Below are positions 31,640-43,134 of a DNA stretch of 64,000 nt, in pieces (within the stretch, counting starts at the first letter, position 1; each line of letters opens with the position of its first letter). Source of the stretch: Fervidobacterium sp. (GTDB taxonomy: Bacteria; Thermotogota; Thermotogae; Thermotogales; Fervidobacteriaceae); contig JBMFNR010000004.1 of assembly GCA_049970055.1 (NCBI GenBank), forward strand, positions 1 through 64,000, in the 5' to 3' direction. Below the pieces are notes generated by a model, which worked only from the letters and a program-made list of their open reading frames with translations, ran no database searches and was not told where the DNA came from. The translations under genes were made by a program, and so were the position numbers.

Positions 31640-32274
31640 AATCCTGTTCCCACCCGAACAAGATTTGCTACAATACTTCTTACCATCCCCCTTAAAAATG
31701 AAATTCCCTCAACACGAATCAAAATGAGATCTTTTTTTAAGTGAATAATTCTCAATCCGGTAATTGTCCTTATTGTTTTTCCATCAACTTCACCTTTTTT
31801 ACTGAATGCTACAAAGTCGTATTCACCGATTAGGTACTTTGCAGCATCTCTCATTTTACCAATATCAAGTTCATATGGAAACCACCATGAATATTTTCGT
31901 AAAAACAAATTTTTGGATTTAGCATTGCAAATATAGTAATGGTATATTCTGAGTCTTGCGTGATAGCGTGGGTTGAAATCAGGACTAGTAAACCACGCTC
32001 TTTTAACGTAGATATCGTCTGGTAAATTTGCGTTTAACGCGTTTTTAATATCCAGCTCGCTTAGTTTATCGTTCGGACAATCGAAGGCTACAACTTGCCC
32101 ACTTGCGTGAACACCGGTGTCCGTTCGACCTGCAGCGTACGTGTGGATTTGCATCTTAAATATCCTTTCGAGAGCTTTTTCAAGTTCACCTTGTACAGTT
32201 CTAACATCTGTTTGTATCTGATATCCAAAGAAATCGGTACCATCGTACGAAAGCTCTAGTGCGGCACGCTTCAT
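31534..32274 (-). CDS. truA: tRNA pseudouridine(38-40) synthase
   Basis: [20 protein letters not shown] and FLRGMVR motifs. Confidence 0.97.
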   Translation of the reverse strand: MKRAALELSYDGTDFFGYQIQTDVRTVQGELEKALERIFKMQIHTYAAGRTDTGVHASGQVVAFDCPNDKLSELDIKNALNANLPDDIYVKRAWFTSPDFNPRYHARLRIYHYYICNAKSKNLFLRKYSWWFPYELDIGKMRDAAKYLIGEYDFVAFSKKGEVDGKTIRTITGLRIIHLKKDLILIRVEGISFLRGMVRSIVANLVRVGTGLWEPEKVKEVLESKDRSKSAGLAPSHGLFLYKVLF

Positions 32275-33929
32275 AGACTTATTATCCTTCCTCCTCCTGA
32301 TTTTTTGGATGTGGTCAAAGCCATTTTACACTTCTCGAGCACTTCATCAAAAGACGATGCATCTGCTGGGTACTTAACAATGGCTGTACTAACACTTATT
32401 GATGGGAATCTTTCTTTTAACTTTTCTATAATTCTTTGCGCAAGCAATGTTGCATCTGATTTGCCCATACCTAGCAGGACGATAATTGTTTCATCGCCAA
32501 CTTGTGTGAAAATTCCGAAATTTTTTATTTCTTCATCAACTATGCTTTTCAACTCTTTCAAAATCTCATCACCAACGGTAAAGCCGAGTGCAAAATTCAA
32601 TTTTTCGAATTTATCTATATCCATATATACTATCGTGAAAGATTTACCAGTCTCTATGTATTTTGATACTTCTTCCATCAGAAAAGAATAATTTTCTTCT
32701 TTTTTATACTCACTCAGGAAAAATACGGAGTACTTACTATCCAAAAGAATTCTTGTAATTTGCCAAGCAAAGAACTTTGCAAATTCCACTTCCCTTTTTG
32801 AAGGTCTCATCATGTTGTAAGGTTTATCGTAGCTAATGTAACCAATTCTTTTGTTTTTATATACCAACGGAACAAGAAAAAGGTCGTTCGGATCCCACGC
32901 GTTTGTTATTTCTAATCTCAAATAGCTTTCTGGTTGATAAACATAAGATTGATTTAAGTCGACGCTTCCGCTTGGTATAAAATAAGCACCGTTTATATCA
33001 AAACGTTGTTGCATAAAAACATATATTGATTTTATATCAGGTCTACGAGCTTTTAATCTTTCAAACGCTTCGTCACTTAAACCATATCTGGCGATCCTAA
33101 CTACTTTTCCGCTGCGAAAGTCAAATAAACTTAACAAAGCATATTCAAATCCGGTAATTTCACAAGAAATAGCTAAGATTTTTTCAATTACTTTATCCAC
33201 ATCATTTTCAGTACTGTCTAATGCTTCTGTTATCTTCATGAGATTTTGTACTTCTCGGGAGATTTGCTCTTTCTCAAGTCTTAACTCTTCGTACCACAAG
33301 CTGGCTTTTACCGAATAGTAGATCATTCCTACAAATCCTGAGTACAATAATGTTACATACAGTACCGATGCTAATGTAACATTTGAAAAAAAGTATAGCG
33401 TTGTTAATAAAGTAGCACCATACAAGGTAAGTACAAAGGCCGTAACCATAGGTCTGATGTAAAGGCGCAGATCTGACTTGGCAAAGATTTTCACATAGAA
33501 AGATAATAAAATTACATTAGTAAGTAAATATCCAAAGGCAAAGTAGGGTAACCTGAAATAATCATGTGGAGCGAGCTTTAGTAAAAATGTCGCGAAACTG
33601 ATCTGTAATATCTCAAATGATAGCTTAAACAAAAAAGTCTGAAATCTTTTAATGTAAACAAGTAAAGAAAACATAATTAATACAATTATGCTCTCAGGGT
33701 TTAAAAACATCAAAAGGTACAGAACTGCAAAACTTTTGAGGTTAAAGACCACCCCGCCTATTTCTATGTTTACAGATTGAGAAAATAACAGTAAAGCAAG
33801 GCTCAAAAGCATCAAAGGTAAATCCGTGCTTACAATGAGCGGTTGAGATAATGATAGAAATACAACAGATGCAAAAATACACGTTAGAAAGAATAGAAGT
33901 TCTTTTTTGTTCAAGTTCTTTCCCCCCAA
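32271..33929 (-). CDS. Membrane GAF plus degenerate GGDEF domain protein
   Basis: N-terminal TMs, GAF-like middle, DIDKFEKLN...GDEIL, signature altered to VGDET. Confidence 0.8.
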   Translation of the reverse strand: MGGKNLNKKELLFFLTCIFASVVFLSLSQPLIVSTDLPLMLLSLALLLFSQSVNIEIGGVVFNLKSFAVLYLLMFLNPESIIVLIMFSLLVYIKRFQTFLFKLSFEILQISFATFLLKLAPHDYFRLPYFAFGYLLTNVILLSFYVKIFAKSDLRLYIRPMVTAFVLTLYGATLLTTLYFFSNVTLASVLYVTLLYSGFVGMIYYSVKASLWYEELRLEKEQISREVQNLMKITEALDSTENDVDKVIEKILAISCEITGFEYALLSLFDFRSGKVVRIARYGLSDEAFERLKARRPDIKSIYVFMQQRFDINGAYFIPSGSVDLNQSYVYQPESYLRLEITNAWDPNDLFLVPLVYKNKRIGYISYDKPYNMMRPSKREVEFAKFFAWQITRILLDSKYSVFFLSEYKKEENYSFLMEEVSKYIETGKSFTIVYMDIDKFEKLNFALGFTVGDEILKELKSIVDEEIKNFGIFTQVGDETIIVLLGMGKSDATLLAQRIIEKLKERFPSISVSTAIVKYPADASSFDEVLEKCKMALTTSKKSGGGRIISL

Positions 33930-34046
33930 TGTAGTCTTATATTAATTGTAACATAAAAACGTAATATTTTAAACTGAATTTTATGTATATTTTGGCAATT
34001 CTATTCTATCATATGTGCGACAATTGACAAAAGGAGGAAAGAAAAG

Positions 34047-35231
34047 ATGAAAAAACTTAGACAGATAGCGGAAAAATACGGAACACCAGTCTTAGTAATG
34101 GATTTGAACGTGATTGCAAACAACTATAGACAGCTTGTAGAAAATATAAACAACTGTAAAGTTTATTATGCAGTAAAGGCAAATTCTCATATTGAAATTA
34201 TCAAGCTTCTAAGAGACTTTGGTAGTCATTTTGATGTTGCATCACGTGGAGAAATAGAGAAACTTCTTTCTCTTGGTGTGGAACCATATAGAATGAGTTT
34301 TGGTAACACAATCAAAAAAATTGAAGATATAAAATTTGCTTATGATAACGGAATAAAAATGTTTGCGGTTGATGCGGAGATGGAGATAGAAAAGATAGCC
34401 CTAGTTGCACCTGGCTCCGATATCTATGTCAGAATAAGCACAAACGGTATGGAAGAAGATGCAGACTGGCCACTTACAAGAAAGTTTGGTACAAGTGTAA
34501 ATCACGCAATAGAACTTGTAAAATACGCTAAAGAAAAAGGTTTAAACCCCATAGGATTGAGTTTTCATGTTGGATCACAAAACTACAACCCGGAAAATTG
34601 GAGAACAGCAATAAGAGAAGCCTCGATAGTTTTCGAGGAAGCTAAACAGTTTGGTGTTCAGATGAAGATGATCAACACAGGAGGCGGAATGCCTGTTAAG
34701 TACGTTAAAGATATTCCGACAATAAAGAATATTGCAAAAGTTATAAACGAAGCAGTTGAAGAATATCTCGGTAAAGATATAACAGTTATAGTTGAACCTG
34801 GTAGATCGATGGTTGGAAATGCCGGTGTGATGATTACAAGAGTAATACTTCGCAGTAAAAAAGGCGACGAAAATTGGCTTTACTTGGACGCAGGTGTATT
34901 CCACGGTTTAACGGAAACAATTCAGAATATCAGGTATAGAATCGCGGTTGATGAAAAAGAAGGCGAAGAGCTTGAAAAATTCGTACTTGCAGGTCCAACA
35001 TGTGATAGTGTTGACGTAATGTATTACGATGCTATGTTACCTAAGAGTACAACACTTGGAGATATCGTATATTTCTACTCAGCAGGTGCTTACACAACAG
35101 AATACGGTACATCTTTCAATGGCATAGCATCACCAACTATAGTTTTTGAAAATGGTATACTTTCCGAGCAGGAAACAGATGAAAGCCAAACAACTCAGGA
35201 AGAAGTTATCGAGAATAAAGTTTCAGAGTAA
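34047..35231 (+). CDS. Type III PLP-dependent ornithine/lysine decarboxylase
   Basis: YAVKAN, FDVASRGE, KFG, SFHVGSQ, EPGR, GPTCDSVD and GAYT motifs. Confidence 0.93.
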   Translation: MKKLRQIAEKYGTPVLVMDLNVIANNYRQLVENINNCKVYYAVKANSHIEIIKLLRDFGSHFDVASRGEIEKLLSLGVEPYRMSFGNTIKKIEDIKFAYDNGIKMFAVDAEMEIEKIALVAPGSDIYVRISTNGMEEDADWPLTRKFGTSVNHAIELVKYAKEKGLNPIGLSFHVGSQNYNPENWRTAIREASIVFEEAKQFGVQMKMINTGGGMPVKYVKDIPTIKNIAKVINEAVEEYLGKDITVIVEPGRSMVGNAGVMITRVILRSKKGDENWLYLDAGVFHGLTETIQNIRYRIAVDEKEGEELEKFVLAGPTCDSVDVMYYDAMLPKSTTLGDIVYFYSAGAYTTEYGTSFNGIASPTIVFENGILSEQETDESQTTQEEVIENKVSE

Positions 35232-35256
35232 GTTAATTAAAATTTAGTAAACTAAC

Positions 35257-35291
35257 AAAAAAGTGGAGGGGGTCTAACCTCTCCACTTTTT
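35257..35291. terminator. Bidirectional intrinsic terminator
   Basis: AAAAAGTGGAGGGGG...CCTCTCCACTTTTT hairpin between convergent genes. Confidence 0.85.
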
Positions 35292-35322
35292 AATGTGTTT
35301 TTTTTATGCATTTCAAGAAAAT

Positions 35323-36687
35323 CTACCACCATCTTTTTAGTCTTTTCCGTCCGATAATAACTTCTTGCCTGTTACCTTCTTGTATTCTTACCATATGCCT
35401 GCCTGAGAGCATAGCGATTATATTTGTAAATATCGTTGCAGGAGAAACATATTTTTTAGTCTTAATACCAACGAAAAAAATTATACTAGCAAAGCGCAGC
35501 ACACTTTCGAGCACAAAAAATATTTGCAACCCAAACACGTGGTAACCTTTTACGTAAAAGTCAAATGAGTTGAAAAATCTGGCGATAGGTCCACCTATTA
35601 TTGAACCAACCATACCACCCAATCCACCAAGTGCGGAAAAAACTGCAAAATACATGGGTGAATTATTTGAAGCTGCTTCCATAGGTAAAGTGATGAAGGC
35701 AAGGTTTACTGCAGCCCAACCAACACCGGAAAGTATGGCATCAAGGGTCATCGCGAAAATCCAGTGTTTTTCGTTCATCAAAAGCCATATGGCTGGGGTA
35801 ATTGATACAATAGATAATCCGGTTATCAATACACTCTTATGCCCAAATTCGTCTGAAAGTCTCCCCCATAAGGTGTAAAATATCATTGAAAGTAAGGAAG
35901 CAGTTATAGAAGCATAACTGATGTAAGTCATAGGTAACTTCAGATTGTGAATTTGATGATATGGAAAAAATGGAGCAGATAATAAAACAGCAAAATTCCA
36001 AATAAAATAAGCTTTTGAAAGTTTTATGAAATTCTTATCATTTAGTACGATTCTTAAATCATTTAAGGAGCCTGTTTTCTTTGGCGTAGTATCATTTATG
36101 GGTAACAAAGTAATCAGTGAGACAAACGTGGTAAGCATAGTTATAACTATGACAAGCATGTAGTTGTATGGTTTTTCCACATTATCGATAATTACTGAAT
36201 ACATGTAAAATATCAAAAGTGTTGCTAAAGAGACAAAGAAATTTCTTAGCCCTAGATACTTTCCTCTTCTTTCCGGCGGTATTACATCCGATATGATACT
36301 AATCCAAACATTTCCAGCAAATGCGGCGAATACTTGACTGAGTGCAAAGATCAACATAAAAAGCTCTGGTTTACGGTGCTGTGTAAAGAGCAGCGGTATT
36401 AGAAAAATCCATAGAAACCTACCTGAATTAAATATTATAAGCAACTTCTTTTTGCTTGGCGCTTTTTCTATAACTGCGGGAGCAAAAAGTTGAAACATTT
36501 GAAAGGCCATTGGAAATGACGACACCAACCCTAATGCTATTTCATTCAAACCAAAGTAAAGTGCAATAGCTGTAAATACGACTGTTTGAGTTAGTACAAG
36601 GTAAAAGGTGGATAAAATGCCCTCCAGAGTAAGGTATAATTCATCCTTTGTACTATGCCACCTTAATTTTGAAGTTTCAGCACTCAT
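35323..36687 (-). CDS. MFS transporter
   Basis: About 12 TMs, WGRLSDEFGHK motif A, RGKYLG. Confidence 0.88.
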   Translation of the reverse strand: MSAETSKLRWHSTKDELYLTLEGILSTFYLVLTQTVVFTAIALYFGLNEIALGLVSSFPMAFQMFQLFAPAVIEKAPSKKKLLIIFNSGRFLWIFLIPLLFTQHRKPELFMLIFALSQVFAAFAGNVWISIISDVIPPERRGKYLGLRNFFVSLATLLIFYMYSVIIDNVEKPYNYMLVIVITMLTTFVSLITLLPINDTTPKKTGSLNDLRIVLNDKNFIKLSKAYFIWNFAVLLSAPFFPYHQIHNLKLPMTYISYASITASLLSMIFYTLWGRLSDEFGHKSVLITGLSIVSITPAIWLLMNEKHWIFAMTLDAILSGVGWAAVNLAFITLPMEAASNNSPMYFAVFSALGGLGGMVGSIIGGPIARFFNSFDFYVKGYHVFGLQIFFVLESVLRFASIIFFVGIKTKKYVSPATIFTNIIAMLSGRHMVRIQEGNRQEVIIGRKRLKRWW

Positions 36688-38102
36688 CCTTTAATCACTC
36701 CGATAGGTACGCATCTTGCAACCTTCCGTGAAATACTAAGTTCGTCAACAACTTTTATAACTTCGTGTACATCTTTGTAAGCTTCAGGTGCTTCTTCAAC
36801 GATACCTTTTTTAGACTTCGCAATTAGTTTTACACCTTTTTCATTTAGCTCTTTTACCACATGTTCAACAGACAATTCACGTGTAGCTTCTCTTCTACCT
36901 AATGCTCTCCCGGCACCATGAGCAGTCGATCCAAATGCTATCTCCTCGGCTTTTTCAGTGCCAACAAGTACATATGAAGCTGTTCCCATACTGCCAGGTA
37001 TGATAACCGGTTGACCTGTGGTTTTAAATATTTCAGGTAAGTGTTTATTACCGGGGCCAAACGCTCTCGTTGCACCTTTCCTATGTACAATAACCTTGCG
37101 CCTTTTTCCTTCCACTTCATATTCTTCTACCTTCGCAATGTTGTGCGCAACATCATATAAAACCGCAACATCTAATCCTACAATCGACTTAAAAGCCTTT
37201 CTTATCAGGTAAGTTATTATTTGCCTATTAGCAAACGCATAATTTGCCGCGCAATTCATTGCACTGTAATACATTTGTCCCCATTTACTATTAAATGGCG
37301 CGTTTATTAGTTGTTTGTCAGGTAGATTTTTGTTATGTTCTTTAAGATTGTCGCGCATAATTTTTATGTAATCAGTTGCAATTTGATGCCCAAATCCTCT
37401 ACTACCTGTGTGAATTAACACCGTAATGTCACCTTTTTGTATGCCGAAAACATTAGCTATCTGTTCATTGTATATTTCATCAACTATTTGAATCTCTATA
37501 AAATGGTTACCCGCGCCCAAGGTCCCAAGTTCACCTTTTCCTCTTTCAAAAGCTTCTTCGCTTACATTTGAGAAGTCGCAGTCACATAAACATCCGTAAT
37601 CTTCTATTCTATCGAGGTCTTCGCTATATCCAAAGCCAAGGTTTATAACTTCTTTCACACCATTTATAACAATTTTTTTGAAGTCGTTCTTTGAAAACTT
37701 CAACTCACTTCTTTCTCCAACACCAACCGGAACACTTTCGTAAATACGTTTAATTATTGCGTCAAGATTTCTCTTAACAAATTCATTGTGGTCTCGTACA
37801 ACCAACATTCGTACACCACAGTTTATATCGAATCCAACGCCACCAGGGCTTATAATCCCATCTTCCACATCGAAAGCTGCGACTCCACCAATAGGGAAAC
37901 CGTAACCCCAATGTATATCTGGCATAGCGTATGCGGCCTTGATTATTCCAGGAAGCGTTGCAACATTTTTGATTTGTTCAATTGCTTCCTTATCCAAAGT
38001 TTCGTAACTGGAAAAGATAATTGCGTCAACTCTCATATTTCCTGATTTTCTAATTCTATACACGTATTTATCAATCTTTTCCAAACCCTCAGTTGGTGAC
38101 AT
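36684..38102 (-). CDS. rtcB: RNA 2',3'-cyclic phosphate/5'-OH ligase RtcB
   Basis: MPDIHWGYGFPIG, GFDINCG, GNHF, HTGSRG, HN, HRKGAT and HGAGR motifs. ATG 38102 after GGAGG. Confidence 0.96.
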   Translation of the reverse strand: MSPTEGLEKIDKYVYRIRKSGNMRVDAIIFSSYETLDKEAIEQIKNVATLPGIIKAAYAMPDIHWGYGFPIGGVAAFDVEDGIISPGGVGFDINCGVRMLVVRDHNEFVKRNLDAIIKRIYESVPVGVGERSELKFSKNDFKKIVINGVKEVINLGFGYSEDLDRIEDYGCLCDCDFSNVSEEAFERGKGELGTLGAGNHFIEIQIVDEIYNEQIANVFGIQKGDITVLIHTGSRGFGHQIATDYIKIMRDNLKEHNKNLPDKQLINAPFNSKWGQMYYSAMNCAANYAFANRQIITYLIRKAFKSIVGLDVAVLYDVAHNIAKVEEYEVEGKRRKVIVHRKGATRAFGPGNKHLPEIFKTTGQPVIIPGSMGTASYVLVGTEKAEEIAFGSTAHGAGRALGRREATRELSVEHVVKELNEKGVKLIAKSKKGIVEEAPEAYKDVHEVIKVVDELSISRKVARCVPIGVIKG

Positions 38103-38126
38103 AAAAATCACCTCCATTTTTAATAA

Positions 38127-38168
38127 TCGGTGGTCGAAAGTAGAAAATTTTTCTACCCTGACCACCGA
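38127..38168 (-). other. Long intergenic hairpin between proS and rtcB
   Basis: Minus-strand RNA UCGGUGGUC-AGGGUAGAAA-AAU-UUUCUACUUU-C-GACCACCGA, about 19 bp with G-U pairs and no poly-U tail. Confidence 0.7.
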
Positions 38169-38193
38169 CTGCTGACAATTTTATTTGGCGATC

Positions 38194-39921
38194 TTACTGT
38201 AAATTTACTTTGTTGTGTGGGTTATATTCTTCTTTGGATTTCTTCAAGAATGAGTAGATCTCATCAAATTGTGCCTTAATTTTAAATTGTTGCCCGGTTC
38301 TCCACTTAACCTCGACCATACCTTCAGATAGGGCTTTACCGATAGTTATTCTAAATGGTATGCCAATTAAATCTGCATCGTTGAATTTCATACCAGGAGA
38401 TATATTTCTATCGTCTAACAAAACTTCTTCTGTTTTTTCTAAAAGGAAATTATATAAATTTTCGGCAAAATTCATGAGATTTTCGTTGTTGCTGACTGGT
38501 GTAATTACAACTGTAAATGGTGCAACTGATAGTGGCCATACAATACCCTTTTCATCGTGGATCTGTTCAACGATGGCACCCATTGTTCGTGATATTCCCC
38601 AACCGTAACACCCCATAATGAAAGGTTTCAACTGCCCGTCTCTATCCATATATCTTGAACCCATTGCTTCTGAGTACTTTGTACCAAGCTTGAATATGTG
38701 CCCCAATTCTATACCTTTTTTTGCATTCAAAGGTTTTCCACATACTGGGCATGGATCACCCTCTCGTACTACTACCAGGTCCGTCCATTCATCTACTTTG
38801 AAATCCCTATTTATGTTGACATTTACAAAGTGATAATCTTTCTCCATTCCACCTACAACGAAATTCTTTATACCTTTTACAAGGTGATCAGCTACAACTT
38901 TTATTCCTTTAACACCAACAGGTCCAAGAAAACCAATAGGCACACCGAAATCTCTAAGAATATCATCAGGTGTCGCAAAGGTGAGAGATTGGTCATTGAG
39001 GAAAGCCTTTAACTTTTCCTCGTTCAATTCTCTATCTCCTGGTACAAGTGCCATGAAATACCCATTTCTTCCTTTGTAAATAAGAGTCTTTACAATTTTT
39101 CTTAATGGTACATTTAGAAAATCAGCGACATCTTGTGCTGTTTTTACATTGGGTGTGTGTACTTTTTCAACTGGTTTCTCTTCTTCCTGATCGTAAAAAA
39201 TGTCACCAACATAAGGTACTCTTTCGTCGTTACCAGCGTATCCGCACTCGCAGAAAAGAATGTTACTTTCACCGGTATCTGCAAACGCAACAAATTCATG
39301 TGACTCATTCCCACCTATAGTACCAGATGATGCTTCGACAATTGCGTACTTTAAGCCTATCCGTTCCATAATATTGGAATATGCTCTTCTATGTGCCTGG
39401 TATGTTTCATCAAGTGATTCCCAATCACTGTGAAAACTATAACCATCTTTCATTATGAACTCTCTTGCCCTTAGCACACCAAACCTCGGCCTGATTTCAT
39501 CTCTATATTTATTTGCTATCTGATAGAGTGTTATTGGAAGTTGTTTGTAGCTGTTAAGCTCGTTTTGGATAAGGAATGTTACAAGTTCCTCGTGTGTTGG
39601 TCCAAGCGTGAAATCCCTTCCGTGCCTATCTTTTAATTTCATCATTTCCGGCCCATAGTCATCCCATCTGCCGGATTGCTTCCAAAGTTCGGCAGGTTGG
39701 ATTATTGACATAAGGATCTCGTTTGCGCCTATTTTGTCCATTTCCTCTCTGACGATCTTCTCAATTTTCAGTAAAACCCGCCTTCCTAAAGGCAAATAAG
39801 TGTAAACACCTGCTGCGATTTTTCTGATGAAACCTGCCCTTGTTAACAATTCTTGACTTGGTACTTCAGAATCGGCAGGTGCCTCTTTTAAAGTAGGAGC
39901 GTAAAATTGTGAGTACCTCAT
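38194..39921 (-). CDS. proS: Prolyl-tRNA synthetase (bacterial type with INS editing domain)
   Basis: [26 protein letters not shown] and MGCYGWG motifs. Confidence 0.98.
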   Translation of the reverse strand: MRYSQFYAPTLKEAPADSEVPSQELLTRAGFIRKIAAGVYTYLPLGRRVLLKIEKIVREEMDKIGANEILMSIIQPAELWKQSGRWDDYGPEMMKLKDRHGRDFTLGPTHEELVTFLIQNELNSYKQLPITLYQIANKYRDEIRPRFGVLRAREFIMKDGYSFHSDWESLDETYQAHRRAYSNIMERIGLKYAIVEASSGTIGGNESHEFVAFADTGESNILFCECGYAGNDERVPYVGDIFYDQEEEKPVEKVHTPNVKTAQDVADFLNVPLRKIVKTLIYKGRNGYFMALVPGDRELNEEKLKAFLNDQSLTFATPDDILRDFGVPIGFLGPVGVKGIKVVADHLVKGIKNFVVGGMEKDYHFVNVNINRDFKVDEWTDLVVVREGDPCPVCGKPLNAKKGIELGHIFKLGTKYSEAMGSRYMDRDGQLKPFIMGCYGWGISRTMGAIVEQIHDEKGIVWPLSVAPFTVVITPVSNNENLMNFAENLYNFLLEKTEEVLLDDRNISPGMKFNDADLIGIPFRITIGKALSEGMVEVKWRTGQQFKIKAQFDEIYSFLKKSKEEYNPHNKVNLQ

Positions 39922-39923
39922 CT

Positions 39924-41339
39924 TTATCCCTCCATAATCTCGTATTTAGTGCCATCTGGCGTGTCGAGCAGTCGGATGTTCGCATTGGCTAATGCGTCTC
40001 TTATCGCATCAGCTGCGTTGTATTGTTTCATCTTTCTGAACTCGTTTCTCAAATCTATGAGATTTTGAATCAAAACTTTAAACTGCTGGAAGTCTGTTGA
40101 TTGAGTTTTTGGAGCTTCTCCATCGAATACACCTAATACGGGACCAAATATTCTTTTTACAAGGTGGTACATTTTCAAAGCTCTATCATCATTGCCATCA
40201 TCCATTGATTTGTTTAGTTCCTTCACAACTTCAAATAATACGGAAAGTGCCACTGGGGTGTTAAAATCATCAGATAGTGCTTCAATGAATTTGTCCATGA
40301 AATTACTTATTTCATCATCCGTTTTTGGAACAAGAGGGTATGGATATTTTTCTGTGAATCTATTCAGCGATTTATACACCCTTAGAGCTGCTTTCATATT
40401 ATCTTGCAGTATTTCATCTGAAAACTCCATGGGCGAGCGATAATGCTTTGACAACAAGAATAATTTTACACCATCTTTTGTATATTTTCTTACAGCTTCC
40501 CTCACCATAAACGTGTTCCCAAGTGATTTACTCATCTTATCTCCTCGTACAATAATCATACCATTGTGCATCCAATATTTTGCCGGGGGTTTGCCTGTCA
40601 AAGCTTCACTTTGAGCAATTTCATCTTCGTGATGTGGAAATATCAAATCCTCACCGCCACCATGTATATCGAATATGTCTCCAAGTAATTTTTGTGACAT
40701 TACCGAACATTCTATATGCCAACCAGGTCTTCCTTTACACCAAGGGCTGTCCCACGCTGGTTCACTGTGTTTTGCCGATTTCCAAAGAACAAAATCTAGT
40801 GGATCCTTTTTTACCTCACTGACATTAATTCTTGCCCCGGCTCTTAGCTCATCTAAATTCTTTCCAGATAATTTTCCGTAATCTTTCAATTTTCGAATAC
40901 TAAAGTAAACATCACCATTTGAGGCTGGATAGGCATAGCCTTTTTTTATCATTAAATTAATCGCCTTCACGATATCTTCAACAAAATCGGTCGTTCTTGG
41001 ATGGAAATTCGCTGCTCTTACTCCCAACAATTGTGCATCGTGAAAATACTCAGCAATAAATGTGTCTGCAACAATCTTCCAATTAACACCCCATTCATTT
41101 GCTTCATTGATAATTTTATCATCGATATCCGTAAAATTCTGAACTATTATAACTTTGTAACCTACAAATTCTAAAAATCGTCTAAATGCGTCAAAGACAA
41201 CCATTGGTCTTGCATTTCCTATATGTATATAGTTGTACACAGTTGGACCACAGACGTACATTTTTACAACACCGTTTTCCAATGTTTCGAGTGGTACTTT
41301 TTGCTTTGTTAGTGTGTCTGATATATATATTTGTCGCAT
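39924..41339 (-). CDS. cysS: Cysteinyl-tRNA synthetase
   Basis: CGPTVY...HIGN, PGWHIEC, HHEDE and KMSKS motifs. Confidence 0.98.
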   Translation of the reverse strand: MRQIYISDTLTKQKVPLETLENGVVKMYVCGPTVYNYIHIGNARPMVVFDAFRRFLEFVGYKVIIVQNFTDIDDKIINEANEWGVNWKIVADTFIAEYFHDAQLLGVRAANFHPRTTDFVEDIVKAINLMIKKGYAYPASNGDVYFSIRKLKDYGKLSGKNLDELRAGARINVSEVKKDPLDFVLWKSAKHSEPAWDSPWCKGRPGWHIECSVMSQKLLGDIFDIHGGGEDLIFPHHEDEIAQSEALTGKPPAKYWMHNGMIIVRGDKMSKSLGNTFMVREAVRKYTKDGVKLFLLSKHYRSPMEFSDEILQDNMKAALRVYKSLNRFTEKYPYPLVPKTDDEISNFMDKFIEALSDDFNTPVALSVLFEVVKELNKSMDDGNDDRALKMYHLVKRIFGPVLGVFDGEAPKTQSTDFQQFKVLIQNLIDLRNEFRKMKQYNAADAIRDALANANIRLLDTPDGTKYEIMEG

Positions 41340-41343
41340 TTAA

Positions 41344-42753
41344 TCACCCCATTAAATACATATTTATTCTTTCGATGACTTCGTTTTTGCCCAAGATCTC
41401 AAGTATGTCTATTAGCTCCGGACCTTCTGATTTACCAGTTAAAATAAGCCTAAGTGTCATGTAAAATTCTTTACCTTTCAACTTTGCACTTTTTGTCGCA
41501 CTCTTGAATGCTGCGTATATAAATTCTTTATTCCAATCCTGGAGTTTTTCCAATTCCGAAAGTAAAATCTTGTAAGTTTCTATTGCTTCTGGTGTTTTTT
41601 CTGGTAATTGATCTGGTCTATCAAAGAAAAAGTCTGTTAATTCCGATAATTGAGACAGTTCTTCTATTCTGTCTTTTACAACATGTAAGACTTTTTCAAG
41701 GTACGCATCATCTACTTCTCTTTTCAAGAAAGGCTTGGCTATCTTAACGAGTTCCTTTATATCTTTCATCCTTATGTGCTCCGCATTCATCCATCTAAGT
41801 TTTTCTGGGTTAAATATGGCGGGATTCTTAACAAGCCTTTCTAGTGAAAAGCTTTCAATGAGCTGTTCTTTGGTTAATATTTCCTTACCCTCAGGGTGGG
41901 ACCATCCAAGGAGCGCAAGAAAGTTAACGAGCGCTTCTGGAATGTAACCTTTACTTTTGAATTCTTCAACAGATGTTGCACCGTGTCTCTTACTGAGCTT
42001 ACTCCCATCGGGTCCCAGGATCATTGACACATGGCCAAAAACAGGTGTTGACCAACCAAATGCTTCGTAGAGTGCAACTTGCTTAACTGTATTTGAGAGG
42101 TGGTCATCACCACGTAGAACATGTGTTATCTTCATCAATCCGTCATCTACTACACACGCGTAATTGTAAGTCGGCATACCGTTGCTCCTTAGCAATGCAA
42201 AATCTCCCACACTACCAGCCTTAAATAAGACTTCTCCCTTTACGATATCGTTGATTATAAAATCCTTCCTTGGCATTGCAAAATATATGGCAGGTCTGAG
42301 ACCTTTTTCTTCATATTCTTTTTTTCTTTCCGGTGTATTGTAAACTTCAAGCATTTCACGTGTATAGTGTGGGGCTTTACTTTCGGCGAGTAGTTTTTCT
42401 CTTAATTGTTCGATTTCTTCTGGATATGCGTATACTTCATAAGCCATGCCATTTTCAATTAGTTTTTGTGCATATTCGTGGTAAATATGAATCCTTTCGC
42501 TTTGTCTGTATGGCCCAACCTCTCCACCAATATCTGGACCTTCATCCCAATCGAGTCCAAGCCATTTAAGTGCAGAAATGAGTTGTTCTTCAAAAACTTT
42601 TTCCGAGCGCTCGATATCGGTATCTTCGATCCTGAGGATAAATTTCCCACCTGTTTTTCTTGCGTACAAGTAATTAAATAAAGCCGTTCTTGCTCCTCCA
42701 ACATGTAAATACCCCGTGGGACTTGGGGCAAATCTTACACGCACTTGTGACAT
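41344..42753 (-). CDS. gltX: Glutamyl-tRNA synthetase (Zn-motif-less)
   Basis: FAPSPTG.LHVGG, RIEDTD, RGDDH and KLSKR motifs. Confidence 0.95.
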   Translation of the reverse strand: MSQVRVRFAPSPTGYLHVGGARTALFNYLYARKTGGKFILRIEDTDIERSEKVFEEQLISALKWLGLDWDEGPDIGGEVGPYRQSERIHIYHEYAQKLIENGMAYEVYAYPEEIEQLREKLLAESKAPHYTREMLEVYNTPERKKEYEEKGLRPAIYFAMPRKDFIINDIVKGEVLFKAGSVGDFALLRSNGMPTYNYACVVDDGLMKITHVLRGDDHLSNTVKQVALYEAFGWSTPVFGHVSMILGPDGSKLSKRHGATSVEEFKSKGYIPEALVNFLALLGWSHPEGKEILTKEQLIESFSLERLVKNPAIFNPEKLRWMNAEHIRMKDIKELVKIAKPFLKREVDDAYLEKVLHVVKDRIEELSQLSELTDFFFDRPDQLPEKTPEAIETYKILLSELEKLQDWNKEFIYAAFKSATKSAKLKGKEFYMTLRLILTGKSEGPELIDILEILGKNEVIERINMYLMG

Positions 42754-42808
42754 AAATTTATTCCTCCCTTTTATGTCAAATTTTTAAGTTCATACAAATT
42801 TATACAAA

Positions 42809-42828
42809 TGGGGGCATTGAAGCCCCCA
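42809..42828 (-). terminator. Putative terminator hairpin downstream of rubredoxin
   Basis: TGGGGGC-attgaa-GCCCCCA; short U run on the minus strand. Confidence 0.6.
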
Positions 42829-42890
42829 ATTCGTTCTGAATTAAAAATAGGTTTAAAACTAAAAATTTTGACCTTTAAAAAAATCATTGA

Positions 42891-43052
42891 TTAGTCTTCA
42901 AGTGGTTCAAACATATCTTTACTTACACCACAGACTGGGCATGTCCAATCATCTGGCAAGTTTTCAAATGATGTACCCGGATTGATACCTGAATCTGGAT
43001 CGCCGACCTCTGGATCGTAAATGTAGCCACATACTGTGCATCTGTACTTCAT
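42891..43052 (-). CDS. Rubredoxin (53 aa; absent from the supplied ORF track)
   Basis: Manual translation [53 protein letters not shown]; two CxxC motifs; GGAGGTG SD. Confidence 0.98.
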   Translation of the reverse strand: MKYRCTVCGYIYDPEVGDPDSGINPGTSFENLPDDWTCPVCGVSKDMFEPLED

Positions 43053-43118
43053 TTTTCCACCTCCATAATTATTTAATCTAATAATGCTAAATAATTCACC
43101 CGCTTACGTGGGTATTTA

Positions 43119-43127
43119 ATTATACCA
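43119..43127 (-). promoter_or_regulatory. Extended -10 promoter for rubredoxin
   Basis: Minus strand TGGTATAAT. Confidence 0.55.
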
Positions 43128-43134
43128 TAAATTT

